From Ranitomeya imitator (lineage: Eukaryota), in contig NC_091284.1 of NCBI RefSeq assembly GCF_032444005.1, forward strand, positions 829,436,001 through 829,500,000: a stretch of 64,000 nucleotides of DNA. The letters run 5' to 3'. This document shows positions 50,313 to 61,476 of the stretch, piece by piece. The translations under genes and the position numbers were made by a program. Numbering within the stretch: position 1 is the stretch's first letter; each line of letters starts with the position of its first letter. The notes beneath the pieces were generated by a model. It was not told the origin of the DNA and searched no databases. It was given only the letters and a program-made list of their open reading frames with translations.

Positions 50313-51443
50313 CTTTCACTCAATTCAAAATAAAGCAATTAAAAATCAAACACAGATATATTTGTTATCGCCGCGTTCAGAATCGCTTGATCAATAAAAA
50401 AAAAAAAAAAAAAAAGGATTAACCTGATCACTAAATGGTGTAGGGATAAAAAAAAAAAAAAAAAAATCCAAAATGCCAGAATTACGTTTTGGTTTTTTTG
50501 TCACTGCGACATTGCATTACAAAGCAATAACGGGCGATCAACATAACGTATCTGCACCAAAATGGTCTCATTAAAAACGTCAGCTCGGAGCACAAAAAAA
50601 TAAGCCCTCACCCGACCCCAGATCACGACAAATGGAGACGCCACAGGTATGGGAAAACGGCGCCATTTTTTTTTTTGCAACGTTTGACATATTTTGTCAC
50701 CACTTAGATAAAAACTAACCCAGACATGTTTGGTGTCTGTGAACTCGTACTGACCTGGAGAATCATAATATCAGCTCAGTTTTAGCATTTAGTGAACCTA
50801 GAAAAAAAGCCAAACAAAAAACAAGTGTGGGATTGCACTTTTTTTTTTTGCAATTTCACCGCACTTGGAATTTTTTTTCCTGTTTCCTCGTACAAGACAT
50901 GGTAAAACCAATGGTGTCGATCAAAAGTACAACTCGTCCCGCAAACAATAAGCCCTCACAAAGCCATAGTGACGGAAAAATAAAAAAGTTATGGCTCTGG
51001 GAAGGAGGGGAGCGAAAAACGAAAAACGCAAAACCGAAGAACGCTCCGGGGTGAACGGCAGGGGAGTTATAACATTAGGGATCAGGGAAAATAAATTTTT
51101 TATAGTGGAATCGCAGGTTTTTTTCCTGCACATTCTGTGGTAAAATCAATGGGGGCCAAAGCCTTGCACAGCGGAGGATTCTCACAGCAGAGGGTCCGGT
51201 ACAGTTGTATCCGACGAGGACAGGGCAGCAGCTGCATGCTGACGGTTTCCACCATCACTGTGCACGGACAGGACCCCCTAACGATGGGGACCCCCGCCAT
51301 ATTGCCTCCCATAGCCAGTGTATAAGGGGTGAAGCCCCCGTCATGTGACTGGCGGCCCCTCCTCTGAGGAATACCTAAGCCTAATCTCGGGGGGTCTCTC
51401 GGTGTCACCCTCCATCAAGCCCCCGACCCCCAGCCCCCATTAC

Positions 51444-51482
51444 TTTCTCCAGGAGACCGTTCTTGCCGCCTCTCGCCGCCAT
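51444..51482 (-). CDS. SPCS2: SPCS2 exon 1 coding part
   Basis: MAARGGKNGLLEK then donor GTAATG; phase 0 to exon 2; total CDS 606 nt = 201 aa plus stop. Confidence 0.92.
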
Positions 51483-51869
51483 CTTGTCTCATCCCTCTGT
51501 GTTTTGACCTGGCAGCCGCTGATTGGTCGCTATCGAGTCTTCCGGTCACGCCCCTTATTCTTTTCTCCTCTCGGAAGCTAGAGGGTTACGAGGGAAGGGC
51601 GTGATGACGTCATAGGCCGTAAAGCATGAAGGGTGTCGGGAGTTGTAGTCCCCGGTAGTTATTGGTAACTTGAGAGCGTCTCTTGTTGCTAGGAGACAAG
51701 TAAATGGGATACCGGGGCCCCGGGATCGGCGTGTCGGCTGCGGACGGAGGTAGCGGAGGAGAGCGCCTGTATCACACGTGTCCTGGCCGGTGTGAGTGTT
51801 CCCTGCAGTCACAGAATATCTGTTTGTTACTTCTCAGTGTCTTCGTCCCCTCTGTGGGCTCAGCACAGC
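51483..51869. promoter_or_regulatory. Bidirectional CpG promoter of SPCS2/XRRA1
   Basis: YY1 AAGATGGCGGC (minus 51485-51475), CCAAT boxes (51522, 51661), ETS CCGGAAG (51539-45), CRE TGACGTCA (51605-12), ACTACAACTCCC (minus 51649-51638). Confidence 0.8.
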
Positions 51870-51939
51870 ATGGACGCCGCTTCTCTCTACGTCTCCGGGA
51901 ACTTCCCCGCCAGGAGTCTGGTCCGAGCAAGTAATGGAG
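51870..51939 (+). CDS. XRRA1: XRRA1 first coding exon
   Basis: MDAASLYVSGNFPARSLVRASNG resembles the FPARNLLR segment of mammalian XRRA1 as I recall it; donor G|GTAAAT (phase 1); head-to-head with SPCS2 as in human. Confidence 0.8.
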
Positions 51940-52074
51940 GTAAATCCGCGCCGTCCGGAAAGTTTAGAAACGTTTTTACACCTTTTCTCGTGTCCAATTG
52001 TTTCCTCGTCTCCCTGTTATATTGTACTAGATGGTGGCCCGATTCTAACTCATCGGGTATTCTAGAATATGTAT

Positions 52075-53168
52075 AGTAGTATATAGCACAGCCCACATAG
52101 TATATAACACAGCCCACATAGTATATAACACAGCCCACACAGTACATAACAGCCCACATAGTATATAACACAGCCCACATAGTATATAACACAGCCCACA
52201 TAGTATATAACACAGCCCACGTAGTATATAACACAGCCCACATAATATATAACACAGCCCACGTAGTATATAACACAGCCCACGTAGTATATAACACAGC
52301 CCACGTAGTATATAACACAGGCCACATAGTATATAGCACAGCCCACGTAATATATAACACAGCCCACGCAGTATATAACACAGCCCACGTAGTATATAAC
52401 ACAGCCCACGTAGTGTATAACACAGCCCACATAGTATATAACACAGCCCACGTAATATATAACACAGCCCACGCAGTATATAACACAGCCCACGTAATAT
52501 ATAACAGCCCACGCAGTATATAACACAGCCCACGCAGTATATAGCCCAGCCCACGCAGTATATAACACAGCCCAAGCAGTATATAACACAGCCCACGTAG
52601 TATATAACACAGCCCACGTAGTATATAGCACAGCCCACGCAGTAAATAGCATAGCCCACGCAGTATATAACACAGCCCACGCAGTATATAACACAGCCCA
52701 CATAGTATATAACACAGCCCACGCAGTATATAACACAGCCCACATAGTATATAACAGCCCACACAGTATATAACACAGCCCACGTAGTATATAGCACAGC
52801 CCACGCAGTATATAACCAAGCCCACATAATATATAACACAGCCCACGCAGTATATAGCACAGCCCACGCAGTATATAACACTGCCCACGTAGTATATAAC
52901 ACAGCCCACACAGTATATAACACAGCCCACGCAGTATATAACACAGCCCACGCAGTATATAACACAGCCCACGTAGTATATAGCACAGCCCACGCAGTAT
53001 ATAACACTGCCCACATAGTATATAACACAGCCCACGCAGTATATAACACAGCCCACGCAGTATATAACACAGCCCACGCAGTATATAACACAGCCCACGC
53101 AGTATATAACACAGCCCACGTACTATATAGCACCGCCCACGCAGTATATAATCAAGCCCACATAGTAT
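52075..53168. repeat. 21-bp minisatellite K, left block (about 52 units)
   Basis: Unit GCAGTATATAACACAGCCCAC. Confidence 0.95.
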
Positions 53169-53348
53169 ATTATTATTATTTATTTATATAGCACCATTAT
53201 TCCATGGTGCTGTACATGAGAAAGGGGTTACATACAGAGTTATAGATATTGTTTACAGTGACAGACTGGTACAGAGGGGAGAGAACCCTGTCCTTGCGGA
53301 CTTACATTTTATGGGATAGTAGGGAAGAGACAGAAGGTAGGGGCGAGG

Positions 53349-53465
53349 CGGCGGCTCTGGCGATGGTGAGGCTCTGGCGGAGGTGAGGCGGCGGCTCTGG
53401 CGGAGGTGAGGCGGCGGCTCTGGCGGAGGTGAGGCGGCGGCTCTGGCGGAGGTGAGGCGGCAGAA
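53349..53465. repeat. 24-bp tandem repeat in the L2 3' UTR
   Basis: GCGGCGGCTCTGGCGGAGGTGAGG, about 4-5 copies. Confidence 0.85.
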
Positions 53466-54596
53466 TGGTTATTGCAGGCTGTAGGCTTTCCTGAAGAGAT
53501 GGGTTTTCAGGTTCCGTCTGAAGGAGCCGAGGGTGGTGGATAATCGGACGTGTTGAGATGTGGAATTCCAGAGGATGGGGGATATTGGGGAGAAATCTTG
53601 GAGGCGGTTGTGTGAGGAACGAATAAGTGTGGAGGAGAGTAGGAGGTCTTGGGAGGATCGGAGATTACATGAGGGAAGATAGTGGGAGATTAGTTCAGAG
53701 ATATAGGGAGGGGACAGGTTGTGGACGGCTTTGTAGATCAGTGTTAGTAGTTTGAACTGGATTCGTTGGGGAATTGGGAGCCAGTGGAGGGATTTGCAGA
53801 GGGGAGAAGCAGAGGAGTAGCGAGGACAGAGGTGGATTAGCCGGGCAGAAGAGTTGAGGACAGACTGGAGTGGTGCAAGAGAGTTAGCGGGGAGGCCACA
53901 GAGGAGGGTGTTGCAGTAGTCGAGGCGGGAGATGATGAGGGCATGCACAAGAGATTTGGTAGATTGTGGGCTGAGGAAGGAACAGATTCTGGCAATATTT
54001 TTGAGTTGGAGGCGACAAGAGGTGGCAAGAGTTTGGACGTGAGGTTTGAAGGACAGGGCAGAATTGAGAGTTACCCCGAGGCAGCGGATTTCAGGTGCGG
54101 GAGAGAGTGTGATGCCGTTTACCATAATAGATAGGTCAGGTAGGGGAGATACATGAGGTGGGGGAAAGATGATGAGTTCGGTTTTGTCTACATTGAGTTT
54201 TAGGAAGCGATAGGTGAAGAAGGAGGATATGGCTGATAGACACTCCGCGATTCCGGACAGCAGAGAGGTGACATCTAGGCCAGAGGTAGATCTGAGTGTC
54301 GTCCGCATACAAGTGGTACTGGAAGCCGTGGGACTTTATGAGTTGTCCTATGCCAAGAGTATAGATGGAAAAAAGTAGGGGCCCTAGGACAGAGCCTTGA
54401 GGGACTCCAACAGAGAGAGGGCAGGATGAGGAGGTAGTGTGTGAGTGGGAAACGCTAAATGTGCGGTCGGAAAGGTATGAGGCAATCCAGGACAGGGCGA
54501 GGCCTTTGATGCCAAGGGAAGAAAGAATCTATAGCAGTAGGCACTGGTCAACTGTGTCGAAAGCAGAGGACAGGTCAAGAAGGAGGAGGATGGAGA

Positions 54597-57500
54597 TGTC
54601 ACGATCTATGTTTGGATCTGTGGCAGATCTGGTTTCCTTCAGATTAAAACATTTTTTCCTTTCTGGTCATTGGGGGTTAATGCAGTTTTCTTCCCCCGGT
54701 GGCCGCTGTGATATTGCATTGCATTGCTGCTGGGTCAGCTGATGTTTGTTATCACTCCCACCTTCCTTTAAAAGGTCACCTGGTGCATCAGCTGACTGTT
54801 GGTTATACAGGTCCTTTGGATACCAACCTTTCTGGAAGTGCTGCTTGCTAAGTGCTTTGGTTCTGCAGCTGAATCCTCATTCCTGGTGTCTTACTCTGCT
54901 GTGCGGTGCATTGCAGCAGAGAAAGCTAAGTGTGGTGTTATTGTTTCTTTGTCCCTTTGTTGTGTAACTCTCCTTGTGTTGTATTAGTGCAGCGGAGGGA
55001 CCAGTGCTCTCACCTGCCAGTTCCCTACATGGGGATTAGAGCAGGGCAAGTGAGGGACAAGGTATCCTGGTCGGCGACGGGTTGAAAGAACCCGTATAGG
55101 GACGGTAGTAAGATCAAGGCACAGCCTCAGGTGAGTGCAGGAGGTGCCCATTCCCCGTTCCCTACCGTCAGGGCCCACCGTTGTTAAAGTGTCCCCGGTG
55201 TACCCTAGTGTGTTCCGTCGTTTTGTGACCGACCCGTCAGGTCGTGTTACACCTGGACAGTCACTTCGTGACATTATTACCAACCGACACTTTTTTCTGG
55301 TGAGCCATGGCTCAAATGCAAGTCTTTGCCCAACTGCTTCAGACCCTCACTGACGAGTTTAAGGTGCTGCGTGGTGAGGTGGTGCAGCAGCTGCAGCAGT
55401 TGGTGGGGTTTTGGGCTTCGGCCCAGGTAAATGCTCAACCTGAGCCCAAGTTATCTCTTCCTGACAGGTTCTCTGGTGGGAGAGATAAATTTTTGGTTTT
55501 TAAGGAAGCCTGTAAGTTATACTTCAGGCTCCGCCCTCGTTCATCAGGGAGTGAGGAACAACGGGTGGGAATCATCGTTTCCCTTCCTAAGGGTGATCCC
55601 CAATCCTGGGACTTCTCCCTGCCGACCGCTTCTCCATCTCTACGGTCAGTGGACGAGTTTTTTGCGGCTCTGGCGCTGGTATATGGTGACCCGGACGGCA
55701 TCTCTTTGGCGGAATCCCGACTCCGTAAGATCAAGCAGGGGGCTCGGCCGGCGGAGGAGTACTGTTCAGAGTTCAGGAGGTGGGCCACTGACACACAGTG
55801 GAATGACCCGGCCCTTAGGAGTCATTTTGTGCAGGGTCTGTCTCCAAGGTTGCAGGATGCTCTTGTGCAGTATGCCGCTCCCAAGTCATTGGAGGCCGCC
55901 ATGTCCCTTGCCATCCGGGTGGATAGACGCTTGAGGGAGAGACATACACCTAATGTGCCTCCGGTAGTCCTTGCTAGGGAGGAGGACACACCTGACCAGG
56001 TGGATGAACCCATGCAGGTGGGAGGAGTTGTTTCTCAAACGGGGTTGTCTGGGGTTCGCCGTGATGTGGGGGTATGTTTCTACTGTGGGCAGACTGGTCA
56101 TTTTATCAATGTCTGCCCAGCTCGCACCAAGATATCTGTTCCATCTAAAAAGCCACGTCCCCCTGGTTGTGTGGAAGGAAGCGACCAGGGAGTGTATGTT
56201 TCCTCCATTTTTTCGTCTCAGTGTACCTTACCTGCTGAGGTGGTTATTGGTGGGGTAACTGAGAATGTTCCGGTGCTTGTGGACAGTGGAGCAGGAGTCA
56301 ATTCGGTGGATGCTCGTTTTGTCCAGAACCATGGCCTGATGAGTAGGTCGCTAGCTAGACCCCTAAGTGTTCAGGCCATTGACTCCGTCCCACTCAGCCA
56401 GGGGAGCATTACCCAAGTCGTAGACAATATACATCTGCGTATAGGGGCTTGTCATGAAGAGTCCCTGTCATGCTACGTCTTGGAGGGCATACCAACTCCC
56501 ATGGTCTTAGGTCTCCCTTGGTTGAAAAAACACAACCCGGTCATAGACTGGCGGTCCAGAGAAGTAGTCAGCTGGGGTCAGTCGTGTGAGGACTGCTACC
56601 CAGGAGCTATGATCTCAGCCGTCCTTCTACAACCTTCTCCTTCTTCTCCAGTGGGGGCAGTAGAGATGCTCGAAGGGAGTAGGGGCAAGACTCTACCCTC
56701 ACTACTTTCTAACCCGGTATGTCAGAGACCTCTTACGAGGAAGGGTCAGAGGAGGGTGGTGGTTCCCTTGGTGCATAGTGGGGGTGTGAGTTTGGTGACA
56801 CAGGGGGACGCCTCTGTTGTCGGTTCTGTAAAGAGTTCACCATCTTGTGGCAGACGCATGCGTGAAAATAAACGTTCAGGTCCGGACCTGTGTGTGAATG
56901 ATTACGTATGGGTGTCCACCAAAAATATCAGGTGGAAGTGTGGAACTGGAATCTGGAGTTCGAGGGTAATCGGGCCATACCGGGTGTCAGCCATTGTCGG
57001 TCCGAAGACTTACCAGTTGGAGTTACCCTCTGTAATGCCCATTCACAACTCATTCCACAGGTCGGCATTCTGGAGATTTGTGCCGCCTATGTTGTCATCT
57101 CCATCGTGCTGCGTTCTCCGTAAACCTGAGGGTCAGGTGACTGAGGAGGTGAACTCTGGTGAATCGAGACGTTCTCACTATAGGTTGCTTACTGGTGAGG
57201 TCCAGTGTTGAGGGTCCAGAGGCCCCTCATTGAAAGGGGGGTACTGTCACGATCTATGTTTGGATCTGTGGCAGATCTGGTTTCCTTCAGATTAAAACGT
57301 TTTTTCCTTTCTGGTCATTAGGGGTTAATGCAGTTTTCTTCCCCCGGTGGCCGCTGGTGATATTGCATTGCATTGCTGCTGGGTCAGCTGATGTTTGTTA
57401 CCACTCCCACCTTCCTTTAAAAGGTCACCTGGTGCATCAGCTGACTGTTGGTTATACAGGTCCTTTGGATACCAACCTTGGTGGAATTGCTGCTTGCTAA

Positions 57501-57922
57501 GTGCTTTGGTTCTGCAGCTGAATCCTCATTCCTGGTGTCTTACTCTTCTGCGCGGTGCTTTGCAGCAGAGAAAGCTAAGTGTGGTGTTATTGTTTCTTTG
57601 TCCCTTTGTTGTGTAACTCTCCTTGTGTTGTATTAGTGCAGCGGTGGGACCAGTGCTCTCACCTGCCAGTTCCCTACATAGGGATTAGAGCAGGGCAAGT
57701 GAGGGACAAGGTATCCTGGTCGGCGACGGGTTGAAAGAACCCGTATAGGGACGGTAGTAAGATCAGGGCACAGCCTCAGGTGAGTGCAGGAGGTGCCCAT
57801 TCCCCGTTCCCTACCGTCAGGGCCCACCGTTGTCAAAGTGTCCCCGGTGTACCCTTGTGTGTTCCGTCGTTTTGTGACCGACCCGTCAGGTCGTGTTACA
57901 CCAGGACAGTCACTTTGTGACA
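54597..57922 (+). mobile_element. Internally deleted Ty3/Gypsy (Tf1/sushi-like) LTR retrotransposon
   Basis: LTRs 54597-55273 and 57245-57922 (TG...CA, about 17 differences by eye); 5-bp TSD GGAGA; PPT GAAAGGGGGG at 57232-57241. Confidence 0.95.
55307..57211 (+). CDS. Gag-protease-integrase-tail fusion ORF (634 aa); RT, RNase H and IN core absent
   Basis: Gag (LPDRFSG, KIKQG, WNDPALR..F.QGL), zinc knuckle CFYCGQTGHFINVC, protease LVDSGA and LGLPWL..HNP.IDW, IN C-terminus VIGPYRV...YQLELP...IHNSFH. No YxDD. Confidence 0.88.
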   Translation: MAQMQVFAQLLQTLTDEFKVLRGEVVQQLQQLVGFWASAQVNAQPEPKLSLPDRFSGGRDKFLVFKEACKLYFRLRPRSSGSEEQRVGIIVSLPKGDPQSWDFSLPTASPSLRSVDEFFAALALVYGDPDGISLAESRLRKIKQGARPAEEYCSEFRRWATDTQWNDPALRSHFVQGLSPRLQDALVQYAAPKSLEAAMSLAIRVDRRLRERHTPNVPPVVLAREEDTPDQVDEPMQVGGVVSQTGLSGVRRDVGVCFYCGQTGHFINVCPARTKISVPSKKPRPPGCVEGSDQGVYVSSIFSSQCTLPAEVVIGGVTENVPVLVDSGAGVNSVDARFVQNHGLMSRSLARPLSVQAIDSVPLSQGSITQVVDNIHLRIGACHEESLSCYVLEGIPTPMVLGLPWLKKHNPVIDWRSREVVSWGQSCEDCYPGAMISAVLLQPSPSSPVGAVEMLEGSRGKTLPSLLSNPVCQRPLTRKGQRRVVVPLVHSGGVSLVTQGDASVVGSVKSSPSCGRRMRENKRSGPDLCVNDYVWVSTKNIRWKCGTGIWSSRVIGPYRVSAIVGPKTYQLELPSVMPIHNSFHRSAFWRFVPPMLSSPSCCVLRKPEGQVTEEVNSGESRRSHYRLLTGEVQC

Positions 57923-59420
57923 GGAGAACTGTCTGTTAGCTTTGGCTGTGAGTCATTAGTAATTTTTGTCAGGGCAGTTTCGGTGGAGTGGTGGGGGGCG
58001 GAAGCCAGATTGGAGGTTGTCAAGGAGAGAGTTAGATGAGAGGTGGGAGAAAATTTGACCATGGACGTGTTGCTCAAGGAGTTTTGAAGCAAACGGGAGC
58101 AGTGATGTGGGGCGATAGCTGGGCATAGCAGTTGGGTCAAGGTTAGTTTTTTTGAGGATGGGTGTGATGGTGGCATGCTTCAAGGCAGAGGGGAAGGTAC
58201 CGGAAGATAGGGATAGGTTGAAGAGGTGGGTTAGAGCTGGAATGAGCGTGTTGGTGAGGTTGCGGAGCAGGTGGGAAGGGATGGGGTCAAGTGCACAGAT
58301 GGTGAGGTGCGATTTGGAGAAGAGGCGAGTAAGCTCTCCTTCAGTGATGTTGGAGAGGGAGGTTATTAGGGAAGGGCAGAGGTCTGGTATATGGAGTGGC
58401 TGGGGTGGTGGAACAGTAAAGGTTTGCCTTGTTTGGTCTATCTTGTTTTTGAAGTAGGTGGCAAAGTCCTCGGAGGAGATGAGGGGAGTTGGAGGTGGCA
58501 GTGGTGGGCGGAGGAGAGAGTTAAATGTGCTGAACAGTTTTTTTGGATTGTAGGATAGTGAAGATACAAGGTTAGTGAAATAGGTGTGTTTAGCGGAGGT
58601 GAGGGCTAGTTTGAAGGCAAGTGTAGCTTTTTGGAAAGCAGCGAAGTCGTCTGGCAGGCGTGTTTTCTTCCAACGCCGCTCCGCCACCCTGGATGTTTGT
58701 CGAAGTTTTTTGGTGAGATTGTTGTGCCTATAGATTCATCACACTTTGCCATGCATGAGAGGGGCGACTGTGTCTATGGCTGATGTGAGGGTGGAGGTAT
58801 AGAAAGCGGTGGCGCTATCCGTGTCGTGGAGTGAAGATATGAAGGACCGGGGTAGGAGAGAGTCTGAGAGTCTGTGAATGTCTAAGTGTGCGAGGTTTCT
58901 ATGAGGACGTGGTAGTGGCTGGACATGGGGGGCAAGTGAGGAGGACAAGGATGAGAAGGTGAGTAGATAATGGTCAGATAGGGGGAAGGGAGAGGTTGTG
59001 AGATTAGATATGGAACAGAGGCGGGTGAAGATGAGGTCTAGTGTATGTCCGTCTGTGTGGGTGGCTGTGGAGGACCACTGGGTGAGTCCAAAGGATGAAG
59101 TAAGGGACAGGAGTTTGAAGGCTGCTGGCTGGCGGGTGTCAGTAGGGATATTAAAGTCGCCCATGATGATGGTGGGGATGTCAGCAGAGGGAAAGTGAAG
59201 GAGCCAGGTGGAGAATTGGTCAATGAAGGCAGTGGCCGGGCCCGGAGGTCGGTATATGACAGCCATTTGGAGATTAGAGGGAGAGTAGATACGGACAGAG
59301 TGAACCTCGAAAGGAGGGAGGATAAGGGAGGGTGGGGGTTGGATACGGTTGAAGGAACAGTTTTTAGAAAGAAGGATACCCACTCCTCCACCATGTCTGT
59401 TGCCAGAGCGAGGAGTGTGC

Positions 59421-59860
59421 ATAGCACAGCCCACATAGAATATAGCACAGCCTACGTAGTATATAACACAGCCCACTCAGTATACAACGCAGCCCATGTA
59501 GTTTATAGCACAGCCCACGTAGTGTATAACACAGCCCACGCAATATATAACACAGCCCACACAGTATATAACACAACCACGTAGTAGATAACACAGCCCA
59601 CGTAGTATATAACACAGCCACGTAGTATATTCCACAGCCACGTAGCATATAACACAGCCCACGCAGTATATAACACAGCCCACGCAGTATATAACACAGC
59701 CCATGTAGTATATAGCACAGCCCACGCAGTATATAACACAGCCACGCAGTATACAACACAGCCCACGCAGTATATAACACAGCCCATGTAGTATATTGCA
59801 CAGCCACGTAGTATATAACACAGCCCACGCAGTATATAACACAGCCACGTAGTATATAAC
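59421..59860. repeat. Minisatellite K, right block
   Basis: Same unit as 52075-53168. Confidence 0.92.
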
Positions 59861-60016
59861 ACTCTGTTACAGACAGACAGAAGTTAGAAACAGTCGGAGG
59901 TAGACCTTAGGCAATTATATATATATAGATCAGTCTGTGACCCCCGAGCGTCCCGTGGTGCGTCCCCGGTGCTCTCCATCCACCGCTGCCCTCTGATCTT
60001 GTGCTGCGTTCCGCAG

Positions 60017-60192
60017 GGGCCGGTCACTGGCGGGCGGATTGGAGGAGGGGCCCGGAGAGAAGCTTCCAGACAGTGGTGACCTCAGCGTCCTCCGAGCCGA
60101 GGGAAAGAGAAGAAGCGCCACAGCGGAGCCGGAGCTGCCGATCCGACAAGATGGAGGACAGAGCGGGCGGAGTGCTGGATGCATCACATCTG
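60017..60192 (+). CDS. XRRA1: XRRA1 second coding exon (176 nt)
   Basis: CCGCAG| acceptor, phase 1 compatible; GAGHW...GGVLDASHL resembles GQGHW...GHILDQAFL; donor GTGAGG. Confidence 0.78.
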
Positions 60193-60724
60193 GTGAGGAG
60201 CCACGTCACCTCCACCATCACTGTTCTGCACCACTTCTTATATACTTGTGTTCCTGTTTCCATAATTGTTCTCTTGTGTCTAAAAGACTGGGGAGTTACC
60301 CACCACTCCTCTTGGGCTATCTGCACAAAAGCTGTTCCACTCAGCATGTCCACATGGACTTTTCCTCTCTGAACCCTGTTCACACAGGTACTATACAGAT
60401 GATCAGGTTGTTAAATACATCAGATAGGGATTATATACATTAGATAGGACTGCTCTATAAGGGTATACCTTGACGAGTGGTGGAGCAGCTTAGTATACAT
60501 TTTTTTTGCAAAAAAACGTATCACCAAATACCCTGTTTTTTACATCTTTTTACTAGCACTTGCGGATTACTGTGATTTTTTTTTAAACTGAGTGTTTTTG
60601 GTTCTACTATGCTCTTTTGTGTCTTCAAGTTTCTTGGTGGTGTGTGGCCATGTTCCTACAGACTTGTTCACTGTGTGAGTAGCCCATGTGTTCCTGTTTC
60701 TTACATACTGTCTGTATACTGCAG

Positions 60725-60796
60725 ATGACGAGCCACCTTGTCCGGAGACCGACCGATCTGTGCGCGGCTGACGTGAGCGACCAAGGACTCCGCTCA
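60725..60796 (+). CDS. XRRA1: XRRA1 third coding exon (72 nt)
   Basis: MTSHLVRRPTDLCAADVSDQGLRS resembles HCVRKPSDLCTINVSG; TGCAG| acceptor; |GTAAGA donor; phase 0/0. The gene continues past the window. Confidence 0.82.
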
Positions 60797-60824
60797 GTAA
60801 GAAACATCATAAGTTATCTTACCC

Positions 60825-61476
60825 CAGAGCTGCACTCGCTATCTACATGCATCACATTACTTACCGTATATACTCCAGAGCTGCACTCACTATTCTGCTG
60901 GTGCAGTCACTGTGTATATGTATTATATTACTGATCCTGAGTTACATCCTGAATTATACCCCAGAGCTGCACTCACTATTCTGCTGGTGCAGTCACTGTG
61001 TACATACATTACATTACTGATCCTGAGTTACATCCTGTATTATACTCCAGAGCTGCACTCACTATTCTGCTGGTGCAGTCACTGTGTACATACATTACAT
61101 TACTGATCCTGAGTTACATCCTGTATTATACCCCAGAGCTGCGCTCACTATTCTGCTGGTGCAGTCACTGTGTACATACATTACATTACTGATCCTGAGT
61201 TACATCCTGTATTATACTCCAGAGCTGCACTCACTATTCTGCTGGTGCAGTCACTGTGTACATACATTACATTACTGATCCTGAGTTACATCCTGTATTA
61301 TACCCCAGAGCTGCACTCACTATTCTGCTGGTGCCGTCACTGTGTACATACATTACGTTACTGATCCTGAGTTACATCCTGTATTATACTCCAGAGCTGC
61401 ACTCCCTATACTGCTGGTGCAGTCACTGTGTACTTACATTACGTTACTGATCCTGAGTTACATCCTGCATTATACC
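60825..61476. repeat. 86-bp minisatellite L (resumes at about 62895-62960)
   Basis: Near-identical ORFs offset by 86 nt (60912, 60998, 61084, 61170, 61256). Confidence 0.93.

Larger units (their letters stand above)
53169..59419 (-). mobile_element. 5'-truncated, frameshifted L2-clade LINE, interrupted by the LTR element
   Basis: Endonuclease (IYRPPG, IIMGDFNIP, GHTLDLIFT, SDH) at 58739-59419. RT (LLDLSSAFDTVD; YADD-type region near 54300) split at 54597-57922. C-terminal ISRLDYCN...HWLPI...RNLKTHLF. 3' stem-loop and (AAT)n tail. Confidence 0.92.
52027..59929 (-). mobile_element. Non-autonomous Helitron in XRRA1 intron 1, hosting the L2 and LTR element
   Basis: Minus strand: A|TC 5' end at 59929; hairpin+CTAG|T 3' end at 52027; internal 21-bp repeat on both sides of the L2. 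Confidence 0.78.

Noticed and set aside
50083-50422. ORFs spanning X runs
   Set aside because: Artefacts of the N gap.
51887-53133. 410/362-aa hydrophobic ORFs resembling membrane proteins
   Set aside because: Translation of the 21-bp Helitron-internal repeat.
55307-57211. Domesticated PEG10/RTL-like host gene
   Set aside because: Still flanked by two similar LTRs, a PPT and a TSD and nested in an L2, so it is a transposon copy unless selection is shown.
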